A DNA stretch of 64,000 nt, from the NCBI GenBank assembly GCA_024679065.1, contig JAGIQG010000002.1, forward strand, positions 78,926,001 through 78,990,000, read 5' to 3'. The DNA is from Sphyrna mokarran. Its lineage: Eukaryota. Both the position numbers and the translations under genes were made by a program. Shown in pieces: positions 36,691-50,619 of the stretch. A model generated the notes under the pieces. That model saw only the letters and a list, made by a program, of their open reading frames with translations. It searched no databases and was not told where the DNA came from. Each line of letters begins with the position of its first letter. Position 1 is the first letter of the stretch.

Positions 36691-38359
36691 GATATCGTGG
36701 TTGGAGTTGTCCAGCCATTCATGCCCTGTCACTGCCGCTGTGAGAATGGAGAATTTGGTTCTCGCTCAAATCTCCATTCGCTGCAGCAAAATAAGAGAAT
36801 ATCGATTACGAGCGCAATTGGACAATTGGGCCCTTTTACTCTTGTTATTGATTTAGACATTCCTCTGCAGAAATTCATTCTTAATTGCATCTATATTATT
36901 GGTTCCTATGCATACCATGACAACTGGATCCTTCTTTCTAGCCCTGCATTCACCAAATATGAGAAGATGTGTTTAACCCTGACACTGAGTTGGGAGAATG
37001 ACCTTTGGAACTTTAAGTTGCACCTACAGAGAAAATTATCTATTTCCCTGACTATACTATTTGCTATCTTTGTTTTGCATTCCTTTTTCACTTACAGCCT
37101 TGAATGGTCTCCTACCCCGTGATGCCATGGGCAGTTTGCCCATCCATCCCACAGTTCCCATACATAGCTGAATTGTAGTAACACACTTCTATTCTTGGCC
37201 ATTGATCAACTTGCTTAATTTAGAAGGGATGTAGTAGTCACCTGAACAAGATATCCAGGTTAGTCTCCCCCTCTCTTGGAATCCAGCCCCACAATTTAGC
37301 ATTGAAATTCTTTGAGCAAAGATATGATGGTTTAAGATCAAATGCCCACCATAATCTCCTACATGCTGCATTTATGGAGTTGAACTGCAATCAAATCACA
37401 TCCAGCAAGAACTATCCTGCGGTTCATATTCAACAGTGTCTCAATACATATAGTAGAGCATTCCATCCTCTGCTATAATTTCTCATCTAATTTTTCATTA
37501 TTCTGGTGATAACCCTAAATTTGTAATCTCTTGTACTGATTCACCAACTACTGGAATTGACCTTTCAGTACTTAAAACTTTCCGAATTTTAAAAGCCTTA
37601 ATTAGATGCTCAGTTGAAGCTCAAAGGACATACATAGAATTGTACATCAGCGTGAGTCACAGGCAATTATTTTGGATAGCCTTTGAGATTGGTGATTGTA
37701 ATGCACAAAAATCATGGAGGAGATATTATGCCAGCAAGATTTCCCCTTCAGGATGTCCCCAACCCCTTCTAGTGATGTAATGAGATTCCTGCCATAAAAA
37801 GTCAGGAACTCCTTCAGTATAACTTCACGTTATTAGTAGGCCTCGCTGCTGTATCATCCCAACCCCACATCCCCAGTAGGAATATGGTTCCCATTTCACG
37901 CTCCCAAGATGATGTCTCATCAGTGGGATTTACAAAAGGTCTTGAAAAATGGGGGATCTGGCAAACAGAAACTGCTGGGGGAGCACAGATAACTGCAGTT
38001 CTCAAAGGGGAAGGTGGGTCATGCCTGGGCACAGCCACCTGGCACTATCCGGGCACCTCTGGGGGGGGGGGACTCCCATTATGGAGGTTTGGACTGGGGG
38101 GGTGGTTTCTGTGTCTGTGGGTGGCAGTAGGGAGGAGGTTTCTTTTAATTTTTTCCTGATTGGGCTGATCTTTTTAAAGGGGTCAGGTAGGGTTTGCTGG
38201 TAGGGTGGGCTCATTCAGAGCTCTGCCATGATGTCATGGGACCTTTCTCCATGATTTTATTTTTCAGTGTTTTTAAAAATTCAGTGGGAAAAACTGGCAG
38301 CACAACCTACAGGCAACACACTGCTTATCCCAACCAAGTTGACACTGAAAAAAAAATGA

Positions 38360-38697
38360 ATGGTGGCACAGTGGTTAGCACTGTTGCCTCACAGGCCTAG
38401 GGACCCAGGTTCAATTCTAGCCTGGGATGACTGTGTGGAGATTGCACATTCTCCTTGTGTCAGTGTGGCTTTCCTTCAGATGCTCCGGTTTCTTCCCATG
38501 GTCCACAGATGTGCAGGTTAGGTGGACTGACCCTGCTAAATTGTCCCTTAGCATTCCAAGATGTGTGGGTTATGGGAATTAGGAGGTAAGTAAATGGGGT
38601 AATGGGGATAGGACGTGGATGAGATGCACTGTTGGAGAGTCACCGCAGACTCAATAGGCTGAATGAACTTCTGCACCATAAGGATTCTATTATTCTG
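38360..38697 (+). mobile_element. HE1-type V-SINE
   Basis: Head, V-domain and ggattctat tail. Confidence 0.9.
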
Positions 38698-38721
38698 AGT
38701 GCTCTTATTTCCATAGGACAC

Positions 38722-39087
38722 CAGGCGGCATGGTAGCACAGTGGTCAGCACTACCGCTTCACAGCTCCAGGGACCTGGGTTCGATTCCTGGCTCTGGTAT
38801 ATGAGGAATTTGCATTTCTCCTTGTGTCTGTATGGGTTTCCTCTGGGTACTCCGGTTTCCTCCTGCAGTCCAAAGATGTGTGGGTTAGATTGATTGGCCA
38901 TGCTGAATTGACCATAGATGCATAGGTTAGAGAGAAAGCTTATCCCAGAATTCAGCTGCTTCCTTTACTCATGTGATTCGCTGTAAAAAACGTATGGATT
39001 GGGGGTAGGGCCTGGGTGGGATTGTGGTTGGTGCAGACTTGATGGGCTGAAGGGCCTCTTTCTGTACTTTAAGGCTTCTATGATTTT
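38722..39087 (+). mobile_element. HE1-type V-SINE carrying a 57-bp non-SINE insert
   Basis: Head, V-domain and gggctgaagggcctctttctgt tail; insert at 38932-38988. Confidence 0.9.
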
Positions 39088-42004
39088 ACTCCAATTAAGT
39101 TCATGGTGGGAAAACCTGTGGATGGCCTTTCCGACCCAACATGAATTGAAGTCTTTAGGTGGGTAATTAACACCCAATTTAGGACCTCATCTCACTGCTG
39201 CTGGTATTAACTCAACAGTGGGCTTATCACGCAAGATGTGTGACAAGCAAAATCTGACGTACAGGGGTAAGTCCCTCATCCAAAGGCGCTCGGTGTCTGA
39301 TCAAAGGACCTAGCATCAGCTGAGAGAAACAACACCCAGCGCTTGTAGCTGAGGTCTCTCCGCTGCAATCACTCAAATGCCTGGGCAGTAGCCACCACCT
39401 CCCCACTGGCATTACTAAGTATAGAGGAACTGCCAGTCTCAGTTTGGCTGGACCTTCTCAATTGACAGGACTTCTACCACTACTGGGTTTCTTAATTCTC
39501 GGGAAAAGCCCACAGCTGGCATGTTAAGTATCCAAATGGCATAGGATGTGGGGAGCCTTCCCAAAAAGAGGCAACATGTCCATCTTGCTGGCTCTGTAGC
39601 CAGCAACTGAGTTCCTTATCGTCTCCAAAAAATGCTGTCCTAATTCCTGAGAAGGGGAAAAAATAGTTGGTGCTATGTAGAAATAATAAAGCTGAATCAG
39701 TAGTTCTTCTGCATGTACTGGTACTAAATCTAAATCTCCACCATAAGGACTGACAATCAGGTGGTGATAAGCCTATGCTGACATTGCTTTTCATATGGTT
39801 CATTTACTCTGCCCCCGAGTCTTCATGCTGTCAGTTACTGGTGCCATGGCATGTTCCCACAATAAAATTTCCCATGCTAATTATTTAGAAGTAGACCCAG
39901 TTCTTTCATGGCTGCAGGTTTTAGATTAAACATTCCCAATCGAAGACAATTAGATCTCTTTACGTCTTTTGTAAATTAGAGAAAAGGGGGAATAGTATTC
40001 AAGTTCATTTTTAAAATAGTTATAAAGAAAACAATTTGGTTTACACTGTCATGAACTATGTACGGGTCCAATGCTCACGTACAAGAATCCAAACATTAAA
40101 CTTAAAGATCATTTGTTTTTCTTTGTGCATTAATTTCTTCTTATTAACCTCAATGTGTTAATCACATGGTAAGTTTTACTTTCCATTTATTGCAAACCGT
40201 CTGTTCAACTTTACTCAGTCATCTTTCTATGAGTTCAGATGTGTTACAATTAACACACAATGGAAAAGCCAACTGGAACATATGACCAAAATGTTGTTTA
40301 GTCTATCACTATGCTTCTAAACATGAAATTTATGGGCAAAAAACCTATTATTACTTTCTAATGGTGCTACATATCTTTTTTTTTAGTGATATTTGATCTA
40401 AATGGCTCAAATAAAAGTGTGGGTAACTTAATGCATACAGCCATAGTCATAATCACAGCAATCCCTGTTTTATACTTATCAAATATTGAGACCCATGTTG
40501 AAATAATCATCTGTAAGAGTGTTCCTTCTGTTTTTCATGCAGCTCCTCAAATAGCAAAAAACAATACATCAATATCTATGATCAAACAATATGACTTGGA
40601 GTTTTGCAAAGATGGAAAAGGTTTCCATTATTGCAAAAATGGCGTAAAAATGCCCAAATCCAGAAGTTCAGTTGCCAAAATTGCCCATTTTCAGTGAGGC
40701 TGGGAATGTGCCCAGGTAAGGGTTCATGCATCTACGTGTCATGGAGAAAGCTTACCCTGGAAATCAGCTGCTTCCTCTACTCATTTGATTTGCTGTCAAA
40801 GTTACCTGCAACTCAATGTACACAGATTAGATCTGCTAGGAGCATGGCCAAACTTTGTGGATTCATTTGGAAAACCAGGGTATTCTTTTGAAAAGATTTG
40901 GTACATACTTGATTGGTAAAGGGAGGATCAGAAGTTGCCCTTTGGGGAAGTCAGGTGTCTTTTGGATTACTAATAGTAAGCACAGATGAATGTGAAGAAT
41001 GTATAAATTCATTGGAACTATGAAGTTAATTGGAACCATTAAAAACAATTGTCACATATCAAGTTGAACTATCAAGAGGAGCTGTCACAAGCAACTTCAA
41101 AAATGTGAATGCATTCAAAACCTCTGCCCTTTAACTGTTTGAAAATCTACCTGAACTATTAAAAATGATTGCTTACTATTAGACACTCTCTGTCCTTAGT
41201 CATTACTAGATTAGTGTTGCATGAATGATTTCACAACTGCTCTTTATCACAGTAGGGTGCCTAGTATTTCACAGTTGACAGACAGCTTCTAATGACAATG
41301 GCCTGTTTGAAGTCAGATTATTAATCATAATTCTCATTTCTATAAGGGATTATGCAATTGAATGAAATGTTTGCAGTGTAGGGAATAATGTAGTTGACAG
41401 ACTGTAAACGTAGTAAGTCTATTTTTTTGAATGAGGTTAGTCTGCAATCGACACTATTTTGTTTAATCTCATCATGGGTCCTGAAGTTTTCCTGCAGTGG
41501 ACACTGCTCAATTTGGTCCCCATGCCTCCAATTTTCATCCTGAGGTAAAATCAGCCCTGCTCCTCTGAGCTCCACATGCAATTTTTGTTTTAAAACTGCT
41601 ACCTTTTCAGTGATGACAACTTGTTGGGCCACAGCTATGATGAAACTGAGTGAATCTGACCTGGTGTTCAGGGCAGTCCAGTTTTGGGAATTTGTCATTT
41701 GAAATATGACAAGAGAATTTACAGCTGGCTAAAATAAACAAAGTTATTGCTTGGGGAAACCTTAAAAGCCTTTCAATTCTTGAAGCTGCCATTATATTTT
41801 GAATAATTCTGTCAACAATTATGTTCCAAATGTAGCATTATTCTCAACTTGCAAATTTGAAAATTGGACTCAGCAATAAATTATTGAAATCATTAAGTTA
41901 GAAGAAAGTGGTCAGTTTACAAACCTTTGCATGAAAGTCATAAAGCTTGAAGAAAGATGACTGTTGACGTAAAGTAGCATTGAGGGCAACACAGTGGGGG
42001 ACAG

Positions 42005-42282
42005 TACAATAGCACAGTGGTTAGCACTGCTGCCTCATAGCGCCAAGGACATAGCTTGGGTCACTGTCTGTGTGGAGTTTGCATAATCTCCCCATGTCTG
42101 CATGGGTTTCCTTTGGGAGCTCTGGTTCTTCCCACAGTCAAAAGATGTGCAGGTTAGGTGAATTGGCCATGCTAAATTCTTCCTCAGTGTACCCAAACAG
42201 GCATTGGAATGTGGCGACAGAGGCTATTCACAATAACTTCATTGCGTTGCTGATATAAACCTACTTGTGACTAATAAATAAT
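42005..42282 (+). mobile_element. V-SINE with alternative tail
   Basis: gcacagtggttagcactgctgcctca head and cctacttgtgactaataaata tail. Confidence 0.9.
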
Positions 42283-42779
42283 TTTTTGTAGTCTGCAAAC
42301 AGAACCAAGAGAATGAATAAGGATGAACATGAAGTTTATTTAATTGACAAGATAATAAGATTTGCTCCAGTAAAATGATGAAAATAAACAAGGAAGGAAA
42401 GAACCATAGGGAATAATAGTACTTTATTGCTGGATGTAAAATGGGTAATTGTGAACCGGCAGCCCAATAATGCATACTGGGTCAAGTATTAAAAGAACCA
42501 TAGGTTTATTATCCAATTTTTGCTGGTAATAGAAATTAAAATTACTGCCATAGAGTAAGGGAGGAAAGGCCGACAATGTGTCCTTCTGAAAAACTGATCT
42601 GGTCAACAGCACTCTACTCATTAAAATGACAGCATTGCCAAATAGTCTTTCCATAAGGAATGAAAGAAATTATCATTTGCATGTGGAAAAAGAATAAGTG
42701 AGGGGAAAAAAAAATTAACACTGCAATGAAGTTACTGTGAAATTCTTCTAGTTGCCACAGTCTGGCGTGTATTCGGGTC

Positions 42780-43685
42780 AAACAGTTGCATTTATATAGC
42801 GCTTTTCATGATGACTAGATGTCTCAAAGTGTATTCAAGCCAACAAAGTGCTCTCATAATGTAGGAGAGTTGGCAGCTAATATGCAGTCAACAAACTCCC
42901 ACGAACAGCAATGTGATAATAACCAAAAAATCTGTTTTTGTGAAGCTGACTGAGAGATAACTATTGGCCAGAGGTAATTTCCCTGCTCTTCTTTAGCATG
43001 GAGTCATGGGATCAATTACATTCACCCAAATAGGAACTGGAGTTTGGGTTTATTGTTTCATTTGAAATATGGCATCTTTCCACACTCCCTCGTCGGATTG
43101 CCAGCTTTGATTTTTATGCTCATTCTGGTGCATGGCAGGATGGTGGTGGGGGGAGGCATAAAACAGTATAGTGGCATGGATGGAATTCCCTCTGAGATCC
43201 TACCCACCCTAGATATTGTTATATAATGGGGCAGACAGGGCGCCGGCCAAGAAGACCACCCATGCCCCAATTAAAGCCCTTAAATGTCCACTTACGGTCC
43301 AGTGAAGTTGGCTCCTACTGTGGGTTTCCCAATGGTCGCAACAGAAGCAAGGAATGTAAAATGCCATTGACTCTAACAGTACAGGGAAAACCTGCTGCCT
43401 GTGAGAACTGGGGCTGGTGAATTCCGCCTTTAGTTCTGAGGCACAGGGGTGCAGTATCTCTTCTGGTCAGTGCTGTGCCTCGACGGGCTGAAGAGCAGCT
43501 GGCCAAGGGCAGACACAAGTCCCAACTGTTGCGATTAAATGCCCATTACAGTGTGAAAAGGCAGCAGGACTATCAGAGTTGGTGGGATGATGGGTATCAT
43601 CCTGAAAATTCAGGCCCTGGAGAACGTACTTGAAGCTGGAACCTTGTGACTCAGAGGCAAAGGTGCTACCAATTGAGTCACTAGA
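42780..43685 (-). mobile_element. Deu-domain SINE (SacSINE1/AmnSINE1-like) split by a Harbinger-like MITE (~43130-43617)
   Basis: L2-like tail ttgcatttatatagcgcttt, Deu-like ggtttattgtttcatttgaaatatggcatct, head tgactcagaggcaaaggtgctacc; MITE ends aaaattcaggccc. Confidence 0.75.
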
Positions 43686-43747
43686 GCAAAGTTGTCTTTT
43701 CCTTCATAGAAACTCTGCCAAATCAATCCTTTACAAGTCTGATGTCT

Positions 43748-43823
43748 GGGGAGAGAGGAGAGGGTGGAGGGAGGCAGAGAGGGAGGGGGGCAGGGAGAGA
43801 GGGGGAGTGGAGAGAGAGAGGGA
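43748..43823. repeat. GA-rich simple repeat
   Basis: G/A tract of about 75 nt. Confidence 0.8.
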
Positions 43824-44180
43824 ATATATGTATGTGTGTATATATTTGTTTACATATGAGACTCATATGCACTAAGTAGGAAATTATGTCGAAAAAATGA
43901 CTGCAAAAAATTGGTAACATAGTTATCCAAAGTTCTTTCTCATGGTTCCACATATAAAATATACTGAGAGGTTAGTGGTCAGAATTGCAAGCTACACCTT
44001 ATCTTAATTATATAGATGTGATTGGAAGAAGCAAGGTTCCTGACTCTCCTGACAATTGTGTACCTTCTTTTAAACTGGAAGCGTAACTGTTTGTTGATGA
44101 AAAAGATATTCAACATAACAATCGGCATCAAATATTGTCATGAGTGTTGTTAAACAGCCCATTCCAGGACAGCGTCCTAC

Positions 44181-44376
44181 CTTGAACACAGAATTTCAGC
44201 TCTTTGGCGTCGATAACTGTTGGTCGTTTATCCGGCACCTTTTTACTGGCTCGATGATAACTTCGTCTTTTTTTGCTCTCTCCCCAAAGATTTGATCCAC
44301 CATGTATGCTTGGTATATTCAAAACAGCTATTCCTTCCAATGGCATATTGCTCAAGTCCAGCAGGATTCCATTGCA
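44181..44376 (-). CDS. DGKB: Diacylglycerol kinase beta, internal coding exon (196 bp, accessory domain)
   Basis: Translates [65 protein letters not shown] plus 1 nt. Acceptor ttattccag| and donor |gtagga. The [13 protein letters not shown]...KELKF segment matches DGKB as I recall it, rather than DGKA or DGKG. Confidence 0.96.
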
Positions 44377-45639
44377 CTGGAATAAAAATAAAAAATAAAA
44401 ATAAAAAATAATCACTCAATTTGATTTATGTTGAGCTATTATTTGCCATTTTAATGACAAAAATGCCAAGAAAGACTTGCCAGTAATCATGCAGATGGCA
44501 GCCAAGGAGGCTGATGAACAACGTAGCCTTCCCAAGTCTTATTTGCTTTGGCAACTTTAGTTCCATTCCCGGACAGCTTTGTCTGCAAGTGATTATTGAT
44601 ACAATCTAAGAATGTTTGCATTTGAGCTTAACTTCTAATTAAGTAATGTATTGGTCCACGGCTGTTGTCGATATTGCAAATGATGTACCATTCTAATGCA
44701 ACATCATGCAATGGGACATAGGTTAATACAGTGGGGACACTGGTCTTGGGTGTTGTGCAAAATGGCTGATAGTGTGTTGACAGCCCATTGATTTGAATTG
44801 AAAAGCAAGTCAAACATAGGTATGTCTGACCAGCTGGCGACTTATAATCACTTGTTTTACACTGCTACATAGGACCAATTTCACCCCCACAATTCCTAAA
44901 GTATCAATTTCAATTAAGTTTCAGCGGAGATGTCCAGGTGCAAGACTTCCTCTGTCTTGAACTGCAGCAAAACTTCTAACTCATTTACAAAGAATATGCT
45001 TACAATTCCACTACACGTAGCACCTAACATTGGATCCAGTGATACTATATTGTAATCCTCACACTATGTAAAGTTAAATATACCAGTTGTGAACAGGTGT
45101 TTTTCTCTGTACTTAGAAATATGAGACAAGGAAGTATAATCCTTAAAATTCTAAAGACAAAAAGGGGCATCAAAAATCAAGATTATATTTATTTGTGTTT
45201 GTTCATAAAGGGAGGCAGTGGGAGGAGAACCTTCCAAAATGTAGGGACTAAAGAATTGCATTGAAAGAATCAGCTTCAAAGGGCATCAAGAACTGGCTTT
45301 GACACTTTACTGACCCTAAAGCACAGCACTGAAATGGAGAAGCTTGCAGGTGGCTGATCCAAGCATGTATTGTTGAAAATTGTTTCAAGGCTAAGTGCAA
45401 GCTCAGGAGGCCAACACACCCAACAAGCGTGGGTCAACACTTTGTCTTCAAACAAGCAGCAGTGCAACCTTAAACTGAACTTAAACTTTAACATTTTTAA
45501 ACCATAGAGCAGAAGTACACTGCTCCAGATAAATTTGGATTCATCCCAGACACAGATCAGCCAGAGATTCCTTAGATACATGACTGCTTCAGGTTTGGAT
45601 AAAAGAGAGAAACTCAGCAAGTTAACATACGACTTTACT

Positions 45640-46990
45640 TAGTAAGCCCAATAGTGGACAACATTATTGCTAGTTGAGGAATCAACAAACGATTTGCTAA
45701 ATTTGAAAAAACACTAAAATCGATTGGTGATTATTTTAAGCCAGAAAATAAGAAAAATCAGCAGCAGTTAGAAGAATCTGTTTACTCATTCATTAATGAG
45801 CTGCACAAGATGGCTGAAGAGTATGAATATGGAGGCCTAGGCCAGAATTTTACTTGCCACGAGAATCGGAGCAGACAAGCGGCAAACCATGGAAAGGTCA
45901 ATTGATCTAAGGTGGGATTTTACAGTTTTGGGACAAGAGAGGACATAAAATTCCACTCCTAAAATCTGAACTTATCGGGGCTAGGACTTTTGTAGGAGTA
46001 CCGGACAAAATGTTCTCAGACATGCTACAAACAAAGGAAGATATAACCCTCGAGAAAATGATCCAGATTGTTAGGAAATCGGAATTCCATGTGTAGCACA
46101 GGTATATTTTAATTTTGAGAAAGTAAACCCCACAGTCCAGTTAGTTACACAGCACAGAAATAGAGGCCAAGTGCAGCAGTGTTATGACCAACCAGTGGAG
46201 TGACCATGGCAGTGCTGTAGAGCAAAGCTCCCCAGAGATGAGATCACTATCCTATAATTTCAGCCTAATGTTTTCAATCAAATAGAATTGGACATTGTGA
46301 CAAACTATGTAAGACCAAAAAACCTCAGGGCACTGAAAACCCAAAGATGATTCATGGGGTCAAGATCGCACATAGCAGTGCTTCTTGGGATGAGGTCAAA
46401 GATCTTGGATTTTAATTTTGGAACATGAATATTTTGGTTAACAGCTATCTCTCAAACACTAAATTCAATACAGAGGCCAGTGTAATGGGCCTATTGGATA
46501 AAGAACCATGGCTGTTGACCCAAAGGCTGAAGCAACCCATGATACACCTGTATGGAGCAGAATATATAAAGATCCTGGTGAAAGACACTCTACAAATGAC
46601 ACTGAAGTATATTAAGGTCATCTACGTATCTCCAAGTGCAAGGCACGGGCCCAATCCAGTCTCTGGTGGCTAGGCATTTCCAGGGCGATTGAGGACATTG
46701 TAGTAAACTATCAAGTATATGCGCTGCATGGACCAAAGAGAGCCCCTAATTTCCACATAGTTCCCTACCAGACCACAGTAGAATGTGGCCATCAATCTAT
46801 TTGTCCTTAACAGCAAATTATTTTTTATAGCGGTGGAAGACTTTTTCAGATGGATTGAGAAGAAGAAATTATATATGACGATCACCATAATTAAGGAAGT
46901 AAAAGAGATGTTCATCAGTCATGGCATCCCGGATGAGATAGTGTCTGATAAAGGCCCACAGTTTCCACATGAGTACTTCACATACTTGCC
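45640..46990 (+). mobile_element. Decayed Gypsy LTR retrotransposon fragments (gag, protease, integrase)
   Basis: QQLEESVYSFINELHKMAEEYEYGGL (gag), TKFNTEASV (protease DTGA relic), HGIPDEIVSDKGPQF (integrase core). Confidence 0.8.
45840..45958. mobile_element. 119-bp Harbinger-type MITE with CTA TSD
   Basis: CTA at 45837-45839 and 45959-45961; termini ggccagaatttt and aaaattccactc; removal restores the gag frame YEYGGLKSELI. Confidence 0.75.
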
Positions 46991-47029
46991 ACCATATCCA
47001 GCTTCTACAGCTATACTAGCTCCTCGAGA

Positions 47030-48835
47030 TACCCTAGAGGAATATAATATATGCAAACTTAACAAGGAAATTAGGAGAGCAAAGAGGGGCAATAAAAGAA
47101 TACTGGCAGGTAAAATAAAGGAAAAAAATCCGAAGTTGTTTTGCAAGTACATCAAGGGCAAAAGGATAACTAGAGAAAGAGTGACCAGAGTGGTAATTTG
47201 TTTGTGAAGTCAGGAAGTGTTGATAGCGTTAAATTTTGTGTCGGTGCTCACTAATGAAAGATACAAGGTGGTCATAGAAATCAGGGAGAAGGGCTGTAAT
47301 AATGTTGAAGAAATTGATATAGATAAGAGGAGGTTCTAAGTGGTCTGGGAGATGTAAAAATAGATAAATCTCCAGGGCGAATGAAATGTATTCCAGGTTG
47401 TTGGGTGAGAAAACAGCAAGGGCGCTGGCAATAATTTTCAATTACTCTCTGGCCACAGGAGAGATGCCAAAGGACTGGGGAACAGCCAATGTGCACCATT
47501 ATTCAAAAAGGGAGAAAGGGATAAACCAGGGTACTACAAGCCAGTCAGTCTAACCTTAGAAGTGGGGAAGGTATTGGAAGCAATTCTGAGAAACAGAATT
47601 AATCTGCATTTGGAGAGATAAGGATTAATCAAGAACAGTCAGCATGGTTTTAGGGAGGGATCATGTCTGACCAACTCGATTGAATTTTTTGAAGAGCTGA
47701 TCAGGGGTATGGATGAGGACAATGTAACTGATATAGCCTTTCAGAACTTTAGTGAGGCTTTTGGTAAGGTCCCACATAGAAGATTGGTAGCAAAGGTTAA
47801 AGCCCATGGGATCTATGGAAATTTAGCAAATTGGATGCAGAATTGACTCAGTGGCAGGAATCAGAAGTAATGGTCAAGGGGTGGTTCTCTGATTGGGAAC
47901 CTGTGTCCAGTGGGGTCCTGCAGGGTCAATGTTGGGGTCTTTGCTGTTTGTGGTTTATACAAATGATTTAGACTTGAACGTAGGAGGGTTGATTAATAAT
48001 TTTGTGGATGATACAAAAATTGGTGGGGTGGTAAATAATGAGGAACATACCTTAGATTAAGGAGGATCAGTGGCAAGTGGAATTCAATCCAGATAAGAAT
48101 GAGGTGATCCACTTGGGCAGGATAAACAAGGCAAGGGAATACATAATGAATGACAAGTCTCCGGGAAGCACTGAGAATTAGCAGGACTGTAGTATGCATG
48201 TACACTAGTCCGTTAAGGTAGTAGGACAGGTGAATACAGTGGTTAAGAAGGCATATGGTATACTTACTTTTATTAGCTGAAACACAGAATTAAGAGCAGG
48301 GAGGTGATACTGGCACTATACAAAATGTTGGTTAGGCCACAGCCAGAGTATGTGCCATTCTGGAATCCAAATTGTAGGTAGGATGTATAAATCTCCTTGT
48401 GTTATCAGGTTGTTCCTGGCTGGAGAGATTGGATAGACTGAGTTGTTTTCCTTGGAGCAGAGAATGAGAGGGAACATGATTGAGATGTATAAAATTATGA
48501 GCGGCATAAATAGATAGGAAAAAAGATTTCCTCTTGGTGGAGGGATCAATAACCAAGGACATAGGTTTAGATAAGGGTCAGGAGGTTCACAAGGAATGTG
48601 AAGAAGAACTTGTTCATCCAAAGGGTGGTGGGAATCTGGAACTCACTGCCTGAAAGGATGGTGGAGACAGAGATGCTCCTAACATTTAGAAGTATTTAAA
48701 AGTGCACTTGCAATGCCAAGGCATACAAATGCTGGAAAATGGGATTAAAATAATTTGGTGGTTTGTATTTGACTGAAGAAGACATGATGGGCTGAAGGGC
48801 CTTTTTCTGTGCTGTTGACCTCTATGACTATGACT
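47030..48835 (+). mobile_element. 5'-truncated CR1 LINE, decayed
   Basis: EIRRAKRG..NPKLFCKYIKGK, decayed RT motifs, (CTATGA)n tail. Confidence 0.93.
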
Positions 48836-50619
48836 TGCCATAACCATGAAAGGATAACAAGATTTGAATTAAAGATTAAAGATCTTGAGAAAGAGAAAGA
48901 GAGAGAATAATATCATTAGGAAAGACAATAATCAATACTGGTCCTAACTGGTTGGCATCCCAGAAAATACAGTCAGGAGAAATAGGATGAGTTTCCTCTT
49001 CAACCCTAGACTGCCCATTCCCACAGAGCAATGGAGGGACATTAAGGAGGATATTCAGATGCCAGAACCACTTTAATATCAACAATTTACCTGAAGCAAC
49101 AAAGCCTCCTACTCCTCTGATGTTTGTAGAAACAGGATATGGAAAGGTTACAAGGCTTACTGCTTAAATCTAGGAACTCAGTAAGTTGGGGGTGGAGGAG
49201 GAAAATGGGTTGCAATAACAAAGTAAACGTAAGGGGTAAATTAGAATAACTTGAAATACATTGGATAAAGACTTGGGGGAGGCACATTGATGTGAAACTG
49301 AGTATAGTACACATTGATGGAAGGTAAAACATGACTTGCAGCTGGGGATCAGTTTGATGTTGAAAAGAGCATGTGCAAAGGCAAAAATGGAGATAGCTCC
49401 TAGCTTGAACCTTTTACTGTTTATGTGTACATAGTTCTTGTAATTAATAAATACATACAGTTGACCTACTTAAGACTATGAAGACTTCAGTAAGAGCAAT
49501 TGAAAAGTATTCAATATCCTGCAGCAATATACTCTTTGTGGATCTGCAAGAGTGAGGTAATTTATATATTTGTACACAGCAACTACAATTTGCAATGATT
49601 TGGTTCTTAAGAAGGTTAACTCCAAAGCTGTTCCATTAGACAATGCAAAGACCCTCTCTAGGCTGAGGCTGAAAACAAGTCAAGAAATCTTTGGTTCCAG
49701 AGGGCACATGTCAGTGTAGATTTTAAGATGATCGATTTGTTTTACCTTCGCACATGCAAAGTCTGGGGCCTTTTCTGGGAACTGGAACCTATGTCAGCCT
49801 TCATGTGCCAAATGTTCAGAGGCATTTCAGAACGTCACATTGCACCCAAAAAGGGATCGTTTTCTTTTGGAAATGATTTTGCTCCGAATGTCTTGCCACT
49901 ACCCTCACGAGATCCATGGGAGTTGTATTAATCAAAAATTCTCAACTCTAGATCTCTTGGAAGTATGATACACTGCAATTGTTCCTGAATTAATTCATTC
50001 ATTTCTGAATCTCTATAACTGTAATTAAAGTTAACATGCTGTGTTTAATCTTTAAGTGAAGGGTAATCCTGCTAAATAGAAGATCCACAGGGGTTTTTAA
50101 ATTTGCTTTACTTTACAGCTGAGGAGCTGAGGCCAGCTGTAGCTCAGAGGGACAGGTGCAGGGAATAGCATTTCACAATCAATAATACCACACTCGATGG
50201 GGTGATGCTGCAAGAATCATAAAACAAAGAAAAAAATGATTTGATTTTACCAATGCTCACTTAGCTGAAAGTAGTTTTGAAATTTCTAATAGAAGAGTCA
50301 AATTTTCTCTAAAATATATGACCGTATAATTCAATTACTGCTACAAACTTGCACTTTTATGAGTACCCATACTTTAACGAGACTTCTTAAATAAAAAGGA
50401 ATTTGACCAGAAGTTGATATCTTGAACTGATCTTTGTGTTTTCAAATAGCCCAATTGGTCTTGAACCTACCTAACATTCATTTCAATTTTAATAGGATGA
50501 TTACCCATTGGGTTCTATGTTCAGCATCTGACCCAACAAAGAAAAGGATAATTTAATCCATTATTTTCACTCTACTCGAATTTGTTTTATTCTTTAGTTC
50601 TCTTCCTACTCCCAATGGC

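Noticed and set aside
36649-37122. 157-aa ORF
   Set aside because: Non-ATG start, begins in a CR1 relic, no motif or splice support
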